A stretch of DNA of 45,074 bases from the IMG/VR virus record IMGVR_UViG_3300045988_027758. One strand, written 5' to 3'. Below the pieces are notes generated by a model. That model did no database searches and was not told where the DNA came from. It was given only the letters and a program-made list of their open reading frames with translations. The position numbers and the translations under genes were made by a program. Source of the DNA: a virus. Numbering within the stretch: the stretch's first letter is position 1; each line of letters starts with the position of its first letter. This document shows, one piece after another, positions 8,338 through 17,357 of the stretch.

Positions 8338-10224
8338 TTGTTCTTCAGGGGTTTTGTTGAAACCAAAAACAAGAAGTGCATAGAGAAATTCAAAGGAAGA
8401 ACAGACTTCAAGACCTTTGAACAGGTTCAGTCATTGCCGGAATACGCTGGAATTTTGGCAGCGGAAACAATTCTGATTGATGTGGATGATTTTGAAGCGT
8501 CCGAAATACTGTTCAAGGTTGTAAAAGAATATGCGTTGACCTGTCGAGTGTACCGCACAAGCAGGGGCAAGCATTTTCTGTTCAAGAACAGCGGAGTACC
8601 AACCAACAAGACAGGCTGCAAACTGGCAATAGGTTTGACCGCTGATATTAAAATCGGTACAAGAAATTCCTATGAAGTTCTGAAATATGACAATCAGAAC
8701 AGGGAAATTCTTTATGATACCGCTGAAAATGAGGAAGCCCAGCAGCTTCCCCGTTGGTTGTTCCCGGTGAAATCCAAAATGGAGTTTTTGAACATGGAAA
8801 CCGGGGATGGTAGAAATCAAGGGCTTTTCAATTACATTCTTACGCTGCAAAGCAATGATTTCAGCGTGGAAGAAGCACGGGAAACAATCAGGATCATCAA
8901 CAAGTTTGTTCTGAAAGTTCCACTTTCCGATGATGAAATTGAAACCGTCCTTCGGGATGATGCGTTCAAGAAGCCTGTTTTCTTCATGGGTTCGACTTTC
9001 CTTTTTGACAAGTTCGCAACCTTCTTGAAGAACAACAACCATATTATCAAAATTAACAATCAGCTACATATCTACAAGAACGGTATCTATATTTCCGGGC
9101 TGGCAGAGATTGAAGCGGAAATGATACAGCACATTCCGGGGCTGAACAGGGCGAAAAGAACGGAAGTTCTTGCTTACCTTGATATTCTGATCCGTGAGAA
9201 TTCCAAAGCGGAAGATGCAAACCTGATTGCGTTTGAAAATGGGCTTTACAATATCGTGGATGATTCCTTTGTGGAGTTTACCCCGGAACACATTATCACA
9301 AACAAAATCAGGTGGAAATATAACCCGGAAGCCTATTCCGAACTTGCGGACAAGACATTGAACAAGATTGCTTGCAATGATCCGCAAATCAGGGCGTTGC
9401 TTGAAGAAGCAATCGGGTATTGCTTCTATCGCAGGAATGAGCTTGGAAAAGCCTTCATTTTGACGGGTGACAAATCCAACGGTAAAAGTACCTTCCTTTC
9501 AATGGTTCAGTGCCTTTTAGGGGATGAAAATATCAGTTCCCTTGACTTGAAAGAATTGGGCGATAGGTTCAAGACCGCTGAAATGTTCGGAAAGTTGGCG
9601 AATATTGGTGATGATATTGGTGACGAATTCATAGCGAACCCGGCAATTTTCAAAAAGTTGGTTACAGGTGAAAGAGTTTCAGCCGAACGCAAGGGGCAGA
9701 ACCCGTTTGAATTCAATAACTATTCAAAGCTGCTTTTTTCCGCAAACAACATTCCCCGTATCAAAGATAAAACGGGTGCGGTGCAGCGGCGTTTGACAAT
9801 CATTCCGTTTGATGCAAGGTTTTCTGCTGATGATCCTGATTTCAACCCGTATATCAAGCACTTGTTGAAAACTGATGAAGTCATGGAATACCTGATAAAT
9901 TTGGGTATTGCCGGATTGAAGCGGGTTCTTCTAAACCGCAAGTTTACGGGTTCGACTAAAGTTCAAAAAGCAATGGACGAATACGAGGAAAACAACAATC
10001 CTATCATTGGGTTTTTCCGGGAATGTGAAGATGAAGAATTCCAAATCGAGAACGAACCAACCAATGTTGTTTATAAGCGTTATCAGGAATATTGCCTTGC
10101 AAACAGTTTGCAGCCTATGAGCAATATTGAATTTTCAAAGCAGGTCAACCGTATTTTGAATATGCGTGTTGAAAACAAATGGCTGAACGGTAAAAAACAC
10201 CGTATTTTCATTAAAAATGAGTAA
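8338..10224 (+). CDS. Primase-polymerase fused to D5/P4-type SF3 helicase
   Basis: N-terminal ILIDVDD and TSRGKHFLF (prim-pol). C-terminal Walker A GDKSNGKST and Walker B IGDDIGD. TTG start after AAAGGCGGTGAG. Confidence 0.85.
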   Translation: MFFRGFVETKNKKCIEKFKGRTDFKTFEQVQSLPEYAGILAAETILIDVDDFEASEILFKVVKEYALTCRVYRTSRGKHFLFKNSGVPTNKTGCKLAIGLTADIKIGTRNSYEVLKYDNQNREILYDTAENEEAQQLPRWLFPVKSKMEFLNMETGDGRNQGLFNYILTLQSNDFSVEEARETIRIINKFVLKVPLSDDEIETVLRDDAFKKPVFFMGSTFLFDKFATFLKNNNHIIKINNQLHIYKNGIYISGLAEIEAEMIQHIPGLNRAKRTEVLAYLDILIRENSKAEDANLIAFENGLYNIVDDSFVEFTPEHIITNKIRWKYNPEAYSELADKTLNKIACNDPQIRALLEEAIGYCFYRRNELGKAFILTGDKSNGKSTFLSMVQCLLGDENISSLDLKELGDRFKTAEMFGKLANIGDDIGDEFIANPAIFKKLVTGERVSAERKGQNPFEFNNYSKLLFSANNIPRIKDKTGAVQRRLTIIPFDARFSADDPDFNPYIKHLLKTDEVMEYLINLGIAGLKRVLLNRKFTGSTKVQKAMDEYEENNNPIIGFFRECEDEEFQIENEPTNVVYKRYQEYCLANSLQPMSNIEFSKQVNRILNMRVENKWLNGKKHRIFIKNE

Positions 10225-10243
10225 AGGAAGGTGTGCATTTTGA

Positions 10244-10867
10244 ATGAACAGAGAGAGAGAGAGAACAGAAAGTAAAGACTGGATAGGCAATCAAAACAGT
10301 ATTTACACCACCTTGGGGGCTTCCAATCATACCGACAAGGAACGGCAGCAGCATGATTATTATGCAACCGAACCGAAAGCAATGGAACTTCTGCTTGCAG
10401 AAGAACAGTTTTCCCCGGTCATTTGGGAATGTGCTTGCGGTGAAGGGCATTTGTCAAAAGTGCTTGAACAGCACGGATTTGAGGTTATCAGCACGGATTT
10501 AATTTACCGGGGATTCGGTGATCCTGAACCGCTGGACTTCCTGAAAGAATCCCTTGAAGATTTTGAAGGGGATATTATCACAAATCCGCCGTACAAATAC
10601 GCCCTTGAATTTGTCGAACAGGCGTTGAACAGTGTGCAGCCGGGAAGAAAAGTTGCAATGTTCCTGAAACTGCAATTCCTTGAAGGGAAAAGCAGGAAAC
10701 AGTTTTTCTTACATAACCCGCCGAAAGTGGTTTATGTAAGTTCTTCCCGCCTGATATGTGCAATGAACGGGGAATTTTCAAAGTACCCTTCAAGTGCTGT
10801 TGCCTATGCGTGGTTTGTGTGGGAAAAGGGCTTTCAAGGTGATCCAATCATCAAATGGATAAATTGA
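10244..10867 (+). CDS. Orphan SAM-dependent DNA N6-adenine methyltransferase
   Basis: Motif I ECACGEGHL, motif IV NPPY (IITNPPYKY). No restriction partner nearby. Confidence 0.8.
   Translation: MNRERERTESKDWIGNQNSIYTTLGASNHTDKERQQHDYYATEPKAMELLLAEEQFSPVIWECACGEGHLSKVLEQHGFEVISTDLIYRGFGDPEPLDFLKESLEDFEGDIITNPPYKYALEFVEQALNSVQPGRKVAMFLKLQFLEGKSRKQFFLHNPPKVVYVSSSRLICAMNGEFSKYPSSAVAYAWFVWEKGFQGDPIIKWIN
10250..10264 (+). repeat. (AG/GA)7 dinucleotide tract inside codons 3-7 of the methyltransferase
   Basis: Read directly: cAGAGAGAGAGAGAGAa, encoding RERER. Confidence 0.95.
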
Positions 10868-10879
10868 AAGGGGCGCAAG

Positions 10880-11092
10880 ATGAACAAAAATAATCCTTAT
10901 TATAACAATGAAGGGTACGCTGACCCTACTGCATTTTACGGAACAAAGCAGATTGTGAAGGAAGAAGCAGAAACAGAACGGCGGGCAAATGAATTGATAA
11001 AAGTTTTGAAGTTCATTATTCGTTCATGCGGTTTTGAACTAATTGAACGGGTGAAAATCAAGGACACAAAGACTGGAAAGGAGTTCAAATAA
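10880..11092 (+). CDS. Hypothetical protein (70 aa)
   Basis: Intact ORF with an RBS (AAAGGGG). Confidence 0.55.
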   Translation: MNKNNPYYNNEGYADPTAFYGTKQIVKEEAETERRANELIKVLKFIIRSCGFELIERVKIKDTKTGKEFK

Positions 11093-11316
11093 TGGAACAG
11101 ATTCAGAATGCAGTATTGGCAGCGTTTGAAGAATTCAAGAAAGAATTCGGAGAAAATGCGAAACTTGAAGAAGGTGATGAATTTGTCACCGTATTCAATA
11201 ATTGTACGCTGATTATCAGTATTGAAGATGGAACACTTAGAGAACGGTTTATTGGTGGCAAGCCTTACCGGGTTGATATGTCACTTGCAATTTATGAGGG
11301 TGGGGCAAATGAATAA
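11092..11316 (+). CDS. Hypothetical protein (74 aa)
   Basis: TAATG stop/start coupling with the previous ORF. Confidence 0.55.
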   Translation: MEQIQNAVLAAFEEFKKEFGENAKLEEGDEFVTVFNNCTLIISIEDGTLRERFIGGKPYRVDMSLAIYEGGANE

Positions 11317-11869
11317 TTTTACTACGGATGAACGCATTGAACAGTTTTCAAACCTGATGAACCCTTATGTTTCGGAAGAATTCAAGGAATGGTTGATTGA
11401 AAGCGGCTTCTTCACAGCCCCGGCTTCCATTCACCACCACGGGGCTTATTCCGGGGCGTTGTTCGATCATAGCTTTGCAGTAACCAAAGCCCTTCTTTCC
11501 TTTACGGAACGTCTTGAACTGAAATGGCAGCTTGAACGCAGCCCCTACATTGTGGGTATGTTTCACGATCTTTGCAAGGTGGACAACTACACTTGCACGA
11601 AAAAGCCCGCCCTTTCCCCGTTGCTGGAAGGTGACAGTTGGGAATATAACAATGCAACCCTTCTTCCGGGGCATAGTGATAAATCCGTTATGATGTTGCA
11701 GCAGCACATTCAACTTACGGATGAAGAACTTTATTGTATCAGGTGGCACATGGGGGCGTTCGATGATAAAGAGAATTGGAACAGCTACGGGCGGGCGGTA
11801 ACCAACTTCCCGAATGTGCTTTACACCCACACCGCCGATATGGTAGCCGCCCGGATTTTGGGGGTATGA
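11309..11869 (+). CDS. HD-domain phosphohydrolase
   Basis: HHHGAYSGALFDHS ... MFHDLCK ... RWHMG. ATG 11309 after GAGGGTGGGG. Confidence 0.8.
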   Translation: MNNFTTDERIEQFSNLMNPYVSEEFKEWLIESGFFTAPASIHHHGAYSGALFDHSFAVTKALLSFTERLELKWQLERSPYIVGMFHDLCKVDNYTCTKKPALSPLLEGDSWEYNNATLLPGHSDKSVMMLQQHIQLTDEELYCIRWHMGAFDDKENWNSYGRAVTNFPNVLYTHTADMVAARILGV

Positions 11870-12030
11870 GCATGAACAACGATGATAAGGAACAGCTTGA
11901 ATACATAAGAGCATGGGTGCAGCAGAAGAAACAGCGTGAAGCCCATAAGCAGATTGCGAAACGGAAAATCAAATATCATTTCCGAATGGCGTTTCATTGG
12001 CTGATTGAACTTTTCAAGAAAGGACGGTAA
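11866..12030 (+). CDS. Hypothetical small basic protein (54 aa)
   Basis: ATGA overlap with the HD gene stop. In frame with track ORF 11776..12030. Confidence 0.5.
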   Translation: MSMNNDDKEQLEYIRAWVQQKKQREAHKQIAKRKIKYHFRMAFHWLIELFKKGR

Positions 12031-12036
12031 ACAGGT

Positions 12037-12945
12037 ATGAATAAAATCTATAATGGAATTATGGGGCTTGTTGTCGGGGATGCGTTGGGTGTTCCCGTGG
12101 AATTCAAAGAACGGGATTCCTATGAAGTAACTGATATGATGGGCTTTGGAACTTACAATCAGAAGCCCGGTACATGGTCGGACGATAGTTCAATGACCCT
12201 TGCAACCCTTGAAAGTATGGGGCGCATTGGTTCGTTTGATGCCGCCGATATTATGAACAATTTCTATCAGTGGTTGCAGAATGATAAATTTACCCCGTGG
12301 GGCAAGGTGTTTGATGTGGGTGGTGCTACAAGGCGGGCAATCGTGCGATATGCGAACGGAACTGACCCGGTGAAATGCGGCGGTAAAACCCGCATGGACA
12401 ACGGGAACGGTGCGTTGATGCGTATTCTTCCCGTGGCTATGCTTGCGGAAACTGATCCACATGACAAAATGGTGACGGTGAAAAGCATTGCAGGGCTTAC
12501 CCACAACCACCCAATTTCACATATCGCTTGCTTCATTTATGCGTTCATGGTTGAAAATCTGATGAACAATGTTGATAAGCGTTCAGCCCTTTCCAATGCA
12601 ATTCAGGTTGTGGGCGGGGTTTATGGTGAAACTGAAATGTGGCAGGAATTCCGTTTCCTTGCTGAAATTGATAAGTTTGACCGTGACGAAATCAAAAGTT
12701 CCGGCTATGTGGTGGACACGCTGGAAGCTGCTGTTTGGTGTTTCCTGAATTCATGCAGCTATCGGGAATGTGTTTTGCTGGCGGTGAACTTAGGCAGCGA
12801 CACCGACACAGTAGCGGCGGTTGCCGGTGGGCTTGCCGGGATTTATTACGGTTGCGGTGGTGAAAGCGGCATTCCTGATGAATGGATTGCACAGATTCCC
12901 CGGAAAGACTGGATCAAGGAGTTATGTGATAAATTTGAAAGTTAA
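12037..12945 (+). CDS. ADP-ribosylglycohydrolase (ARH/DraG family)
   Basis: GDALGVPVEF, WSDDSSM, GNGALMRILP, GSDTDTVAAVAGGLAGIYYG. Confidence 0.9.
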   Translation: MNKIYNGIMGLVVGDALGVPVEFKERDSYEVTDMMGFGTYNQKPGTWSDDSSMTLATLESMGRIGSFDAADIMNNFYQWLQNDKFTPWGKVFDVGGATRRAIVRYANGTDPVKCGGKTRMDNGNGALMRILPVAMLAETDPHDKMVTVKSIAGLTHNHPISHIACFIYAFMVENLMNNVDKRSALSNAIQVVGGVYGETEMWQEFRFLAEIDKFDRDEIKSSGYVVDTLEAAVWCFLNSCSYRECVLLAVNLGSDTDTVAAVAGGLAGIYYGCGGESGIPDEWIAQIPRKDWIKELCDKFES

Positions 12946-13260
12946 TTTTCAAAACTGAAAAACATTCAAGTTTTCATTCCAGTTACATTCAAGTTGTAGT
13001 TGTGGGAACTGGAATGAAGGGAAACGCTTGCTATACGGGGATTTTCATTCAATTCATTCAACTTCTTCAACTTGTTTTTGAGTTCTTTATAAATTAGAAA
13101 AAATCAATATCATTTTTTACAGTGTTTTTCTAAAAATAGAGTAATAAGAAACAACAAGTTGAAGTTGAATGAATTCCCCGGTGCTGATTTGAAAATCCGC
13201 ATGAATACAGAATTTTTCTTCATTCCACTTTCACATTCAAGTTAGAAAGGCGGTGCTTCC
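12946..13260. promoter_or_regulatory. Repeat-rich AT-rich intergenic region between the early and late modules (candidate late-control region or origin)
   Basis: ACATTCAAGTT x3 (12962, 12985, 13233). TTCATTCCA(G/C)TT at 12973 and 13219, with an inverted copy at 13007-13018. A 23-26-nt inverted repeat (13051-13076 / 13153-13175) flanks a 76-nt AT-rich spacer. Confidence 0.6.
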
Positions 13261-13704
13261 ATGAAAGCGAAAGAATATTTGCAGCAGTTGCAGCGATTAG
13301 ATACGATGATAAATCAGAAAATCAAAGAATTAGGTGATTTACGCCTGATGTCGCAGAGTGTCGGCGGCATTGATTATTCAAAAGAGCGTGTGCAGTCCAG
13401 CCCTTCCGGGGATGCCCCATTTGTGAAGCCTGTTTTGCGTATGATTGAGCTTGAACAGGAAATCAATACAGAGATTGACCGCTTTGTTGATGAAAAGCAT
13501 GAAATCATCAATCAGATTCAGGCTTTGCAGAACCCGAAACACATTGATATTCTGTATAAGCACTATGTTGAATTCAAACGGCTTGAAATCGTTGCCGTTG
13601 AAATGAACTTTACATATCAATACATTGTCGAATTGCACGGTACAGCGTTGAAGGAATTCCAGCTTACCCATGAAAACCTATTGAATTCCAATGACGAACC
13701 CTGA
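13261..13704 (+). CDS. DUF1492-type late transcriptional regulator (sigma-70 region-4-like HTH)
   Basis: N-terminal MKAKEYLQQLQRLDTMINQKIKEL. C-terminal block YKHYVEFKRLEIVAVEMNFTYQYIVELHGTALKEF. Position immediately upstream of terS. Confidence 0.75.
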   Translation: MKAKEYLQQLQRLDTMINQKIKELGDLRLMSQSVGGIDYSKERVQSSPSGDAPFVKPVLRMIELEQEINTEIDRFVDEKHEIINQIQALQNPKHIDILYKHYVEFKRLEIVAVEMNFTYQYIVELHGTALKEFQLTHENLLNSNDEP

Positions 13705-13720
13705 TATAATGATAAAGTGA

Positions 13721-13756
13721 AAAATCAGCGGGAACATAGTTCCTTGCTGATTTTTT
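13721..13756 (+). terminator. Rho-independent terminator after the late-regulator gene
   Basis: AATCAGC-GGAAC-ata-GTTCC-GCTGATT followed by T6. Confidence 0.75.
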
Positions 13757-13761
13757 CGTTT

Positions 13762-13832
13762 TCCCGGTGGGGTACTCATAGCCGAATGAAAGACAGGTCG
13801 GTGAACTCCTACCCACCGGGAAAATCTTTTTT
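13762..13832 (+). terminator. Second long stem-loop with U-tract directly upstream of terS
   Basis: TTCCCGGTGGGGTA ... TACCCACCGGGAA (about 13 bp, one bulge). It encloses a nested GCCGA/TCGGT hairpin and is followed by aatcTTTTTT. Confidence 0.6.
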
Positions 13833-13870
13833 ATTGCCAAAATCACACAGAAAGGAAGTGAACTTTCAAT

Positions 13871-14368
13871 ATGGCAAAAGGAAAATATGAACACTGGTTG
13901 ACAGAAGAAGGTTTGCTTCAACTGGAAGCGTGGGCAAGGAACGGCTTGACGGATGAACAGATTGCTTCCAATATGGGAATTGGATATTCCACATTGCAGA
14001 CTTGGAAATCAAAGTATCAAGACATTCAAGACACCCTAAAAAGGGGGAAGGCAGTTGTTGACATTCAGGTTGAAAATGCTTTGTTGAAAAGGGCATTGGG
14101 TTATTCCTATGTTGAAACAACCCGTGAACAGGTCATTGATTATGACAAAACAACGGGCGTTCCAATCGGTTCACACATGGAAGTTACAAAAGAGGTCACA
14201 AAGGAAGTTGTTCCTGATACCACAGCACAAATCTTTTGGTTGAAGAACAGGAAGCCGGAAGATTGGCGTGATAAAAGGGATGTTGCTGTTGAAGGTACTT
14301 TGAATACAAACAACCCGTTTGAAGGTTTGACAACGGAAGAATTAAGAAAGATTATTGACAATGAATGA
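13871..14368 (+). CDS. terS: Terminase small subunit
   Basis: HTH LTDEQIASNMGIGYSTLQTW. KNRKPEDWRDK tail. Overlaps the terL start. Confidence 0.85.
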   Translation: MAKGKYEHWLTEEGLLQLEAWARNGLTDEQIASNMGIGYSTLQTWKSKYQDIQDTLKRGKAVVDIQVENALLKRALGYSYVETTREQVIDYDKTTGVPIGSHMEVTKEVTKEVVPDTTAQIFWLKNRKPEDWRDKRDVAVEGTLNTNNPFEGLTTEELRKIIDNE

Positions 14369-15752
14369 TCTTCAAAAATTCGCCCGCATTGAACTTTCTA
14401 AACGGGATTTTTTTGTATATTGCAACACAAAAGCACCTGACTTTTACAAGAAAGACAGAACCTTCCTTGTTGAGTTTTGCACAGACCTTCAAACCTTCCT
14501 TCAAAGTGATGAACATGAAATCTTGGTTGTGAATATGCCGCCCCGTCATGGCAAATCACGAACCATAGGAAACTTTGTTGAATGGGTGCTTGGTAACGAT
14601 CAAACCCAAAAGATTATGACGGGTTCATATAACGAAATTCTTTCAACCAACTTTTCAAAGGGTGTGCGAAACACCATTCAGGAAGTAAAGGCTGATAAGG
14701 ATAAAATCATATATTCAGACATTTTCCCCGGTGTAAAAATCAAATGGGGCGATGGTGCTATGAATATGTGGTCGTTGGAAAATGGCTATAATAACTATTT
14801 GGCTACTTCTCCAACAGGTACAGCAACAGGTTTTGGCGCAACCCTGATGATTATTGATGATTTAATCAAATCTTCCCTTGAAGCGAACAACGCTGATACC
14901 CTTGAAAAACATTGGTCATGGTTTACTGATACAATGCTTTCAAGATTGGAAGAAGGCGGCAAAATCATAATCGTTATGACCCGGTGGCACAGCTTAGACT
15001 TAGCCGGACGGATCATTGACGAATACGGCGATAAGGTCAAGGTTGTTCAATACAAAGCGGTTCAGGATGATGGTTCAATGCTTTGCCCGGAAATTCTTTC
15101 CCGGAAGTCTTACGAAACCAAAAGAAAAGCTATGGGCGTTGAGATTGCAGAAGCGAACTACCAACAGAACCCGATTGACATTAAGGGCAGACTGTACGGA
15201 AGGTTCAAAACTTACACTGAACTTCCGAAAGACAGTTCCGGGCATTTGCTTTGTTCTGCTGTTAAGAACTACACTGATACAGCAGATACAGGTGACGATT
15301 TTCTTTGTAGTATCAATTATGTTGAGTACAACAAGGAAGCCTATGTTATCAATGTCATTTACACAAAGGACGGTATGGAAATCACCGAACCCGCCGTTGC
15401 AAAAATGCTGTATGACGATAAGGTGAATGTTGCTGATATAGAATCGAATAACGGCGGGCGTGGTTTTGCCCGGAATGTTGGTTCTATTCTTCAAAGCAAG
15501 TATCACAGCAACAGAACGGTTATACACCCGTTCTTCCAGTCAAAAAACAAACAATCCCGCATACTGTCCAACAGTACATGGGTTATGGAACACATATATT
15601 TTCCGCAAAATTGGGCTGACCGCTTCCCTGACTACTACACAGCTATGAGCCGATACCAAAAAGAGGGAAAGAACGCACATGACGATGCCCCCGATGCAAC
15701 AACGGGCATAGCTGAAAAGGTTGGTTGCGGTGAAGCGTTCAGTTTCGACTAA
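14361..15752 (+). CDS. terL: Terminase large subunit
   Basis: Walker A-like MPPRHGKS, Walker B LMIIDD, C-terminal nuclease acidic residues (HDDAPDA). ATG 14361; a TTG at 14355 is also possible. Confidence 0.9.
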   Translation: MNDLQKFARIELSKRDFFVYCNTKAPDFYKKDRTFLVEFCTDLQTFLQSDEHEILVVNMPPRHGKSRTIGNFVEWVLGNDQTQKIMTGSYNEILSTNFSKGVRNTIQEVKADKDKIIYSDIFPGVKIKWGDGAMNMWSLENGYNNYLATSPTGTATGFGATLMIIDDLIKSSLEANNADTLEKHWSWFTDTMLSRLEEGGKIIIVMTRWHSLDLAGRIIDEYGDKVKVVQYKAVQDDGSMLCPEILSRKSYETKRKAMGVEIAEANYQQNPIDIKGRLYGRFKTYTELPKDSSGHLLCSAVKNYTDTADTGDDFLCSINYVEYNKEAYVINVIYTKDGMEITEPAVAKMLYDDKVNVADIESNNGGRGFARNVGSILQSKYHSNRTVIHPFFQSKNKQSRILSNSTWVMEHIYFPQNWADRFPDYYTAMSRYQKEGKNAHDDAPDATTGIAEKVGCGEAFSFD

Positions 15753-15839
15753 AAATAACACATTAGTAACAAAAAGCCTTGAAATCATAGTATTTCGGGG
15801 CTTTTGTCTTTATTATGCGATAGAAAGAAGGTGAAAAGG

Positions 15840-17357
15840 GTGAGCCTGATTGACACATTGGCGGTCAAAGTATCGAACCTGATTTTGCAGGGTGCAGATA
15901 TGAGCGATAAGCAGTTCTTTGAACGGGAAATTCAGAAGTGGAAGAACAGCCCGCAGCGTATCATGCAAATCAAAGGGCATTTGTACTATGACAATGAACA
16001 CGATATTTTGCACCGAAAGCGAATGATGATCGGTGAGGGCGGCAAGCTGGAAGAAGTGGATAACCTACCCAACAACCGCCTGATTGATAATCAGTATGCA
16101 AAGCTGGTGAACCAAAAAGCAAACTACCTTTTAGGTCAACCCTTTGCCATTGAGGGCGAAAATCAGCAGTATGTTGAACTTTTGAAAAAGGTGTTCAACA
16201 AGCGTTTTATGAAAACCCTGAAAGCAGCAGGAAAGGCAATGCTGAACAACGGTATCTGTTGGTTGTACCCTTATTACACCGAAACGGGCGAATTTTCCTT
16301 CCGAATGTTCCCCGGCTATGAAGTGCTTCCTTTTTGGAAGGACACGGAACACACCATTCTTGAAGCGGCTGTCCGCTTGTATTTGGTGGTTGGGTATCAG
16401 GGTACAACGCCCGTGCTGATTGAAAAGGTTGAAATCTACGATTTGAACGGTGTTCACCGCTTCATTTTGGACGGTTCAACCCTTATTCCTGATTTACAGG
16501 GTGTTGATGATAACACTTCCCCATACACCACAACCACGGGTGAGGACGGGAACGCCCTTTCCCTGAATTGGGCGAAAGTTCCCCTGATCCCGCTGAAATA
16601 CAATGAATGCGAAATTCCGCTTTTGAAGAAGGTGAAAACCCTTCAAGACGGTATCAATGTTATGCTGTCCGACTTTGAAAACAATATGCAAGAGGACGCA
16701 CGAAACACCATTCTTGTATTGAAGAACTATGACGGAACGAATTTAGGGGAATTCCGAAAGAACCTTGCAACATACGGTGCGGTAAAGGTTCGCTATGATG
16801 GGGAAACCAAAGGCGGCGTTGAAACCCTTGAAATCAAAGTCAATGCTGAAAACTATAAGGCTATCATTGAAATCTTCAAGAAAGCCATTATTGAGAACGG
16901 CATGGGCTACGATGCAAAGGATGATAGGCTTTCCGGCAACCCCAACCAAATGAATATTCAATCCATGTATTCAGACATTGATTTGGATGCTAATGACATG
17001 GAAACAGAGCTACAAGCAGCTTTTGAAGAAATTCTTTGGTTTGTGAACGCCCACCTTGCCAATACCGGGCAGGGCAACTTTGACGGTGAGGAAGTCAACA
17101 TTATCTTCAACCGGGACATTCTTATCAACGAGAGTGAAGCAATAGATAATTGTCAGAAGTCCGTTGGTATTCTTTCCGATGAAACTATTGTTGGTATGCA
17201 CCCGTGGGTTGATGATCCGCAGCTTGAACTTGACCGCTTGAAGAAGCAGAAAGAGGAACAGCAGGCAGAATTTGAAGCCCAGCAGTTCAACCCGTTTGCA
17301 CCACAGCAGCAGAAGGGCAACGCCCCGCCTGATGAAGGGGGTACGGTGAATGAATAA
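15840..17357 (+). CDS. Portal protein (SPP1 gp6-like)
   Basis: About 505 aa directly after terL. Start uncertain: GTG 15840 after GAAGGTG, TTG 15804, or ATG 15900. Confidence 0.8.
   Translation: MSLIDTLAVKVSNLILQGADMSDKQFFEREIQKWKNSPQRIMQIKGHLYYDNEHDILHRKRMMIGEGGKLEEVDNLPNNRLIDNQYAKLVNQKANYLLGQPFAIEGENQQYVELLKKVFNKRFMKTLKAAGKAMLNNGICWLYPYYTETGEFSFRMFPGYEVLPFWKDTEHTILEAAVRLYLVVGYQGTTPVLIEKVEIYDLNGVHRFILDGSTLIPDLQGVDDNTSPYTTTTGEDGNALSLNWAKVPLIPLKYNECEIPLLKKVKTLQDGINVMLSDFENNMQEDARNTILVLKNYDGTNLGEFRKNLATYGAVKVRYDGETKGGVETLEIKVNAENYKAIIEIFKKAIIENGMGYDAKDDRLSGNPNQMNIQSMYSDIDLDANDMETELQAAFEEILWFVNAHLANTGQGNFDGEEVNIIFNRDILINESEAIDNCQKSVGILSDETIVGMHPWVDDPQLELDRLKKQKEEQQAEFEAQQFNPFAPQQQKGNAPPDEGGTVNE

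Noticed and set aside
15773-15806. Possible terminator between terL and the portal gene (AAAAGCC...GGCTTTT)
   Set aside because: The stem is short and interrupted and there is no clean U-tract. It is not convincing enough to annotate.
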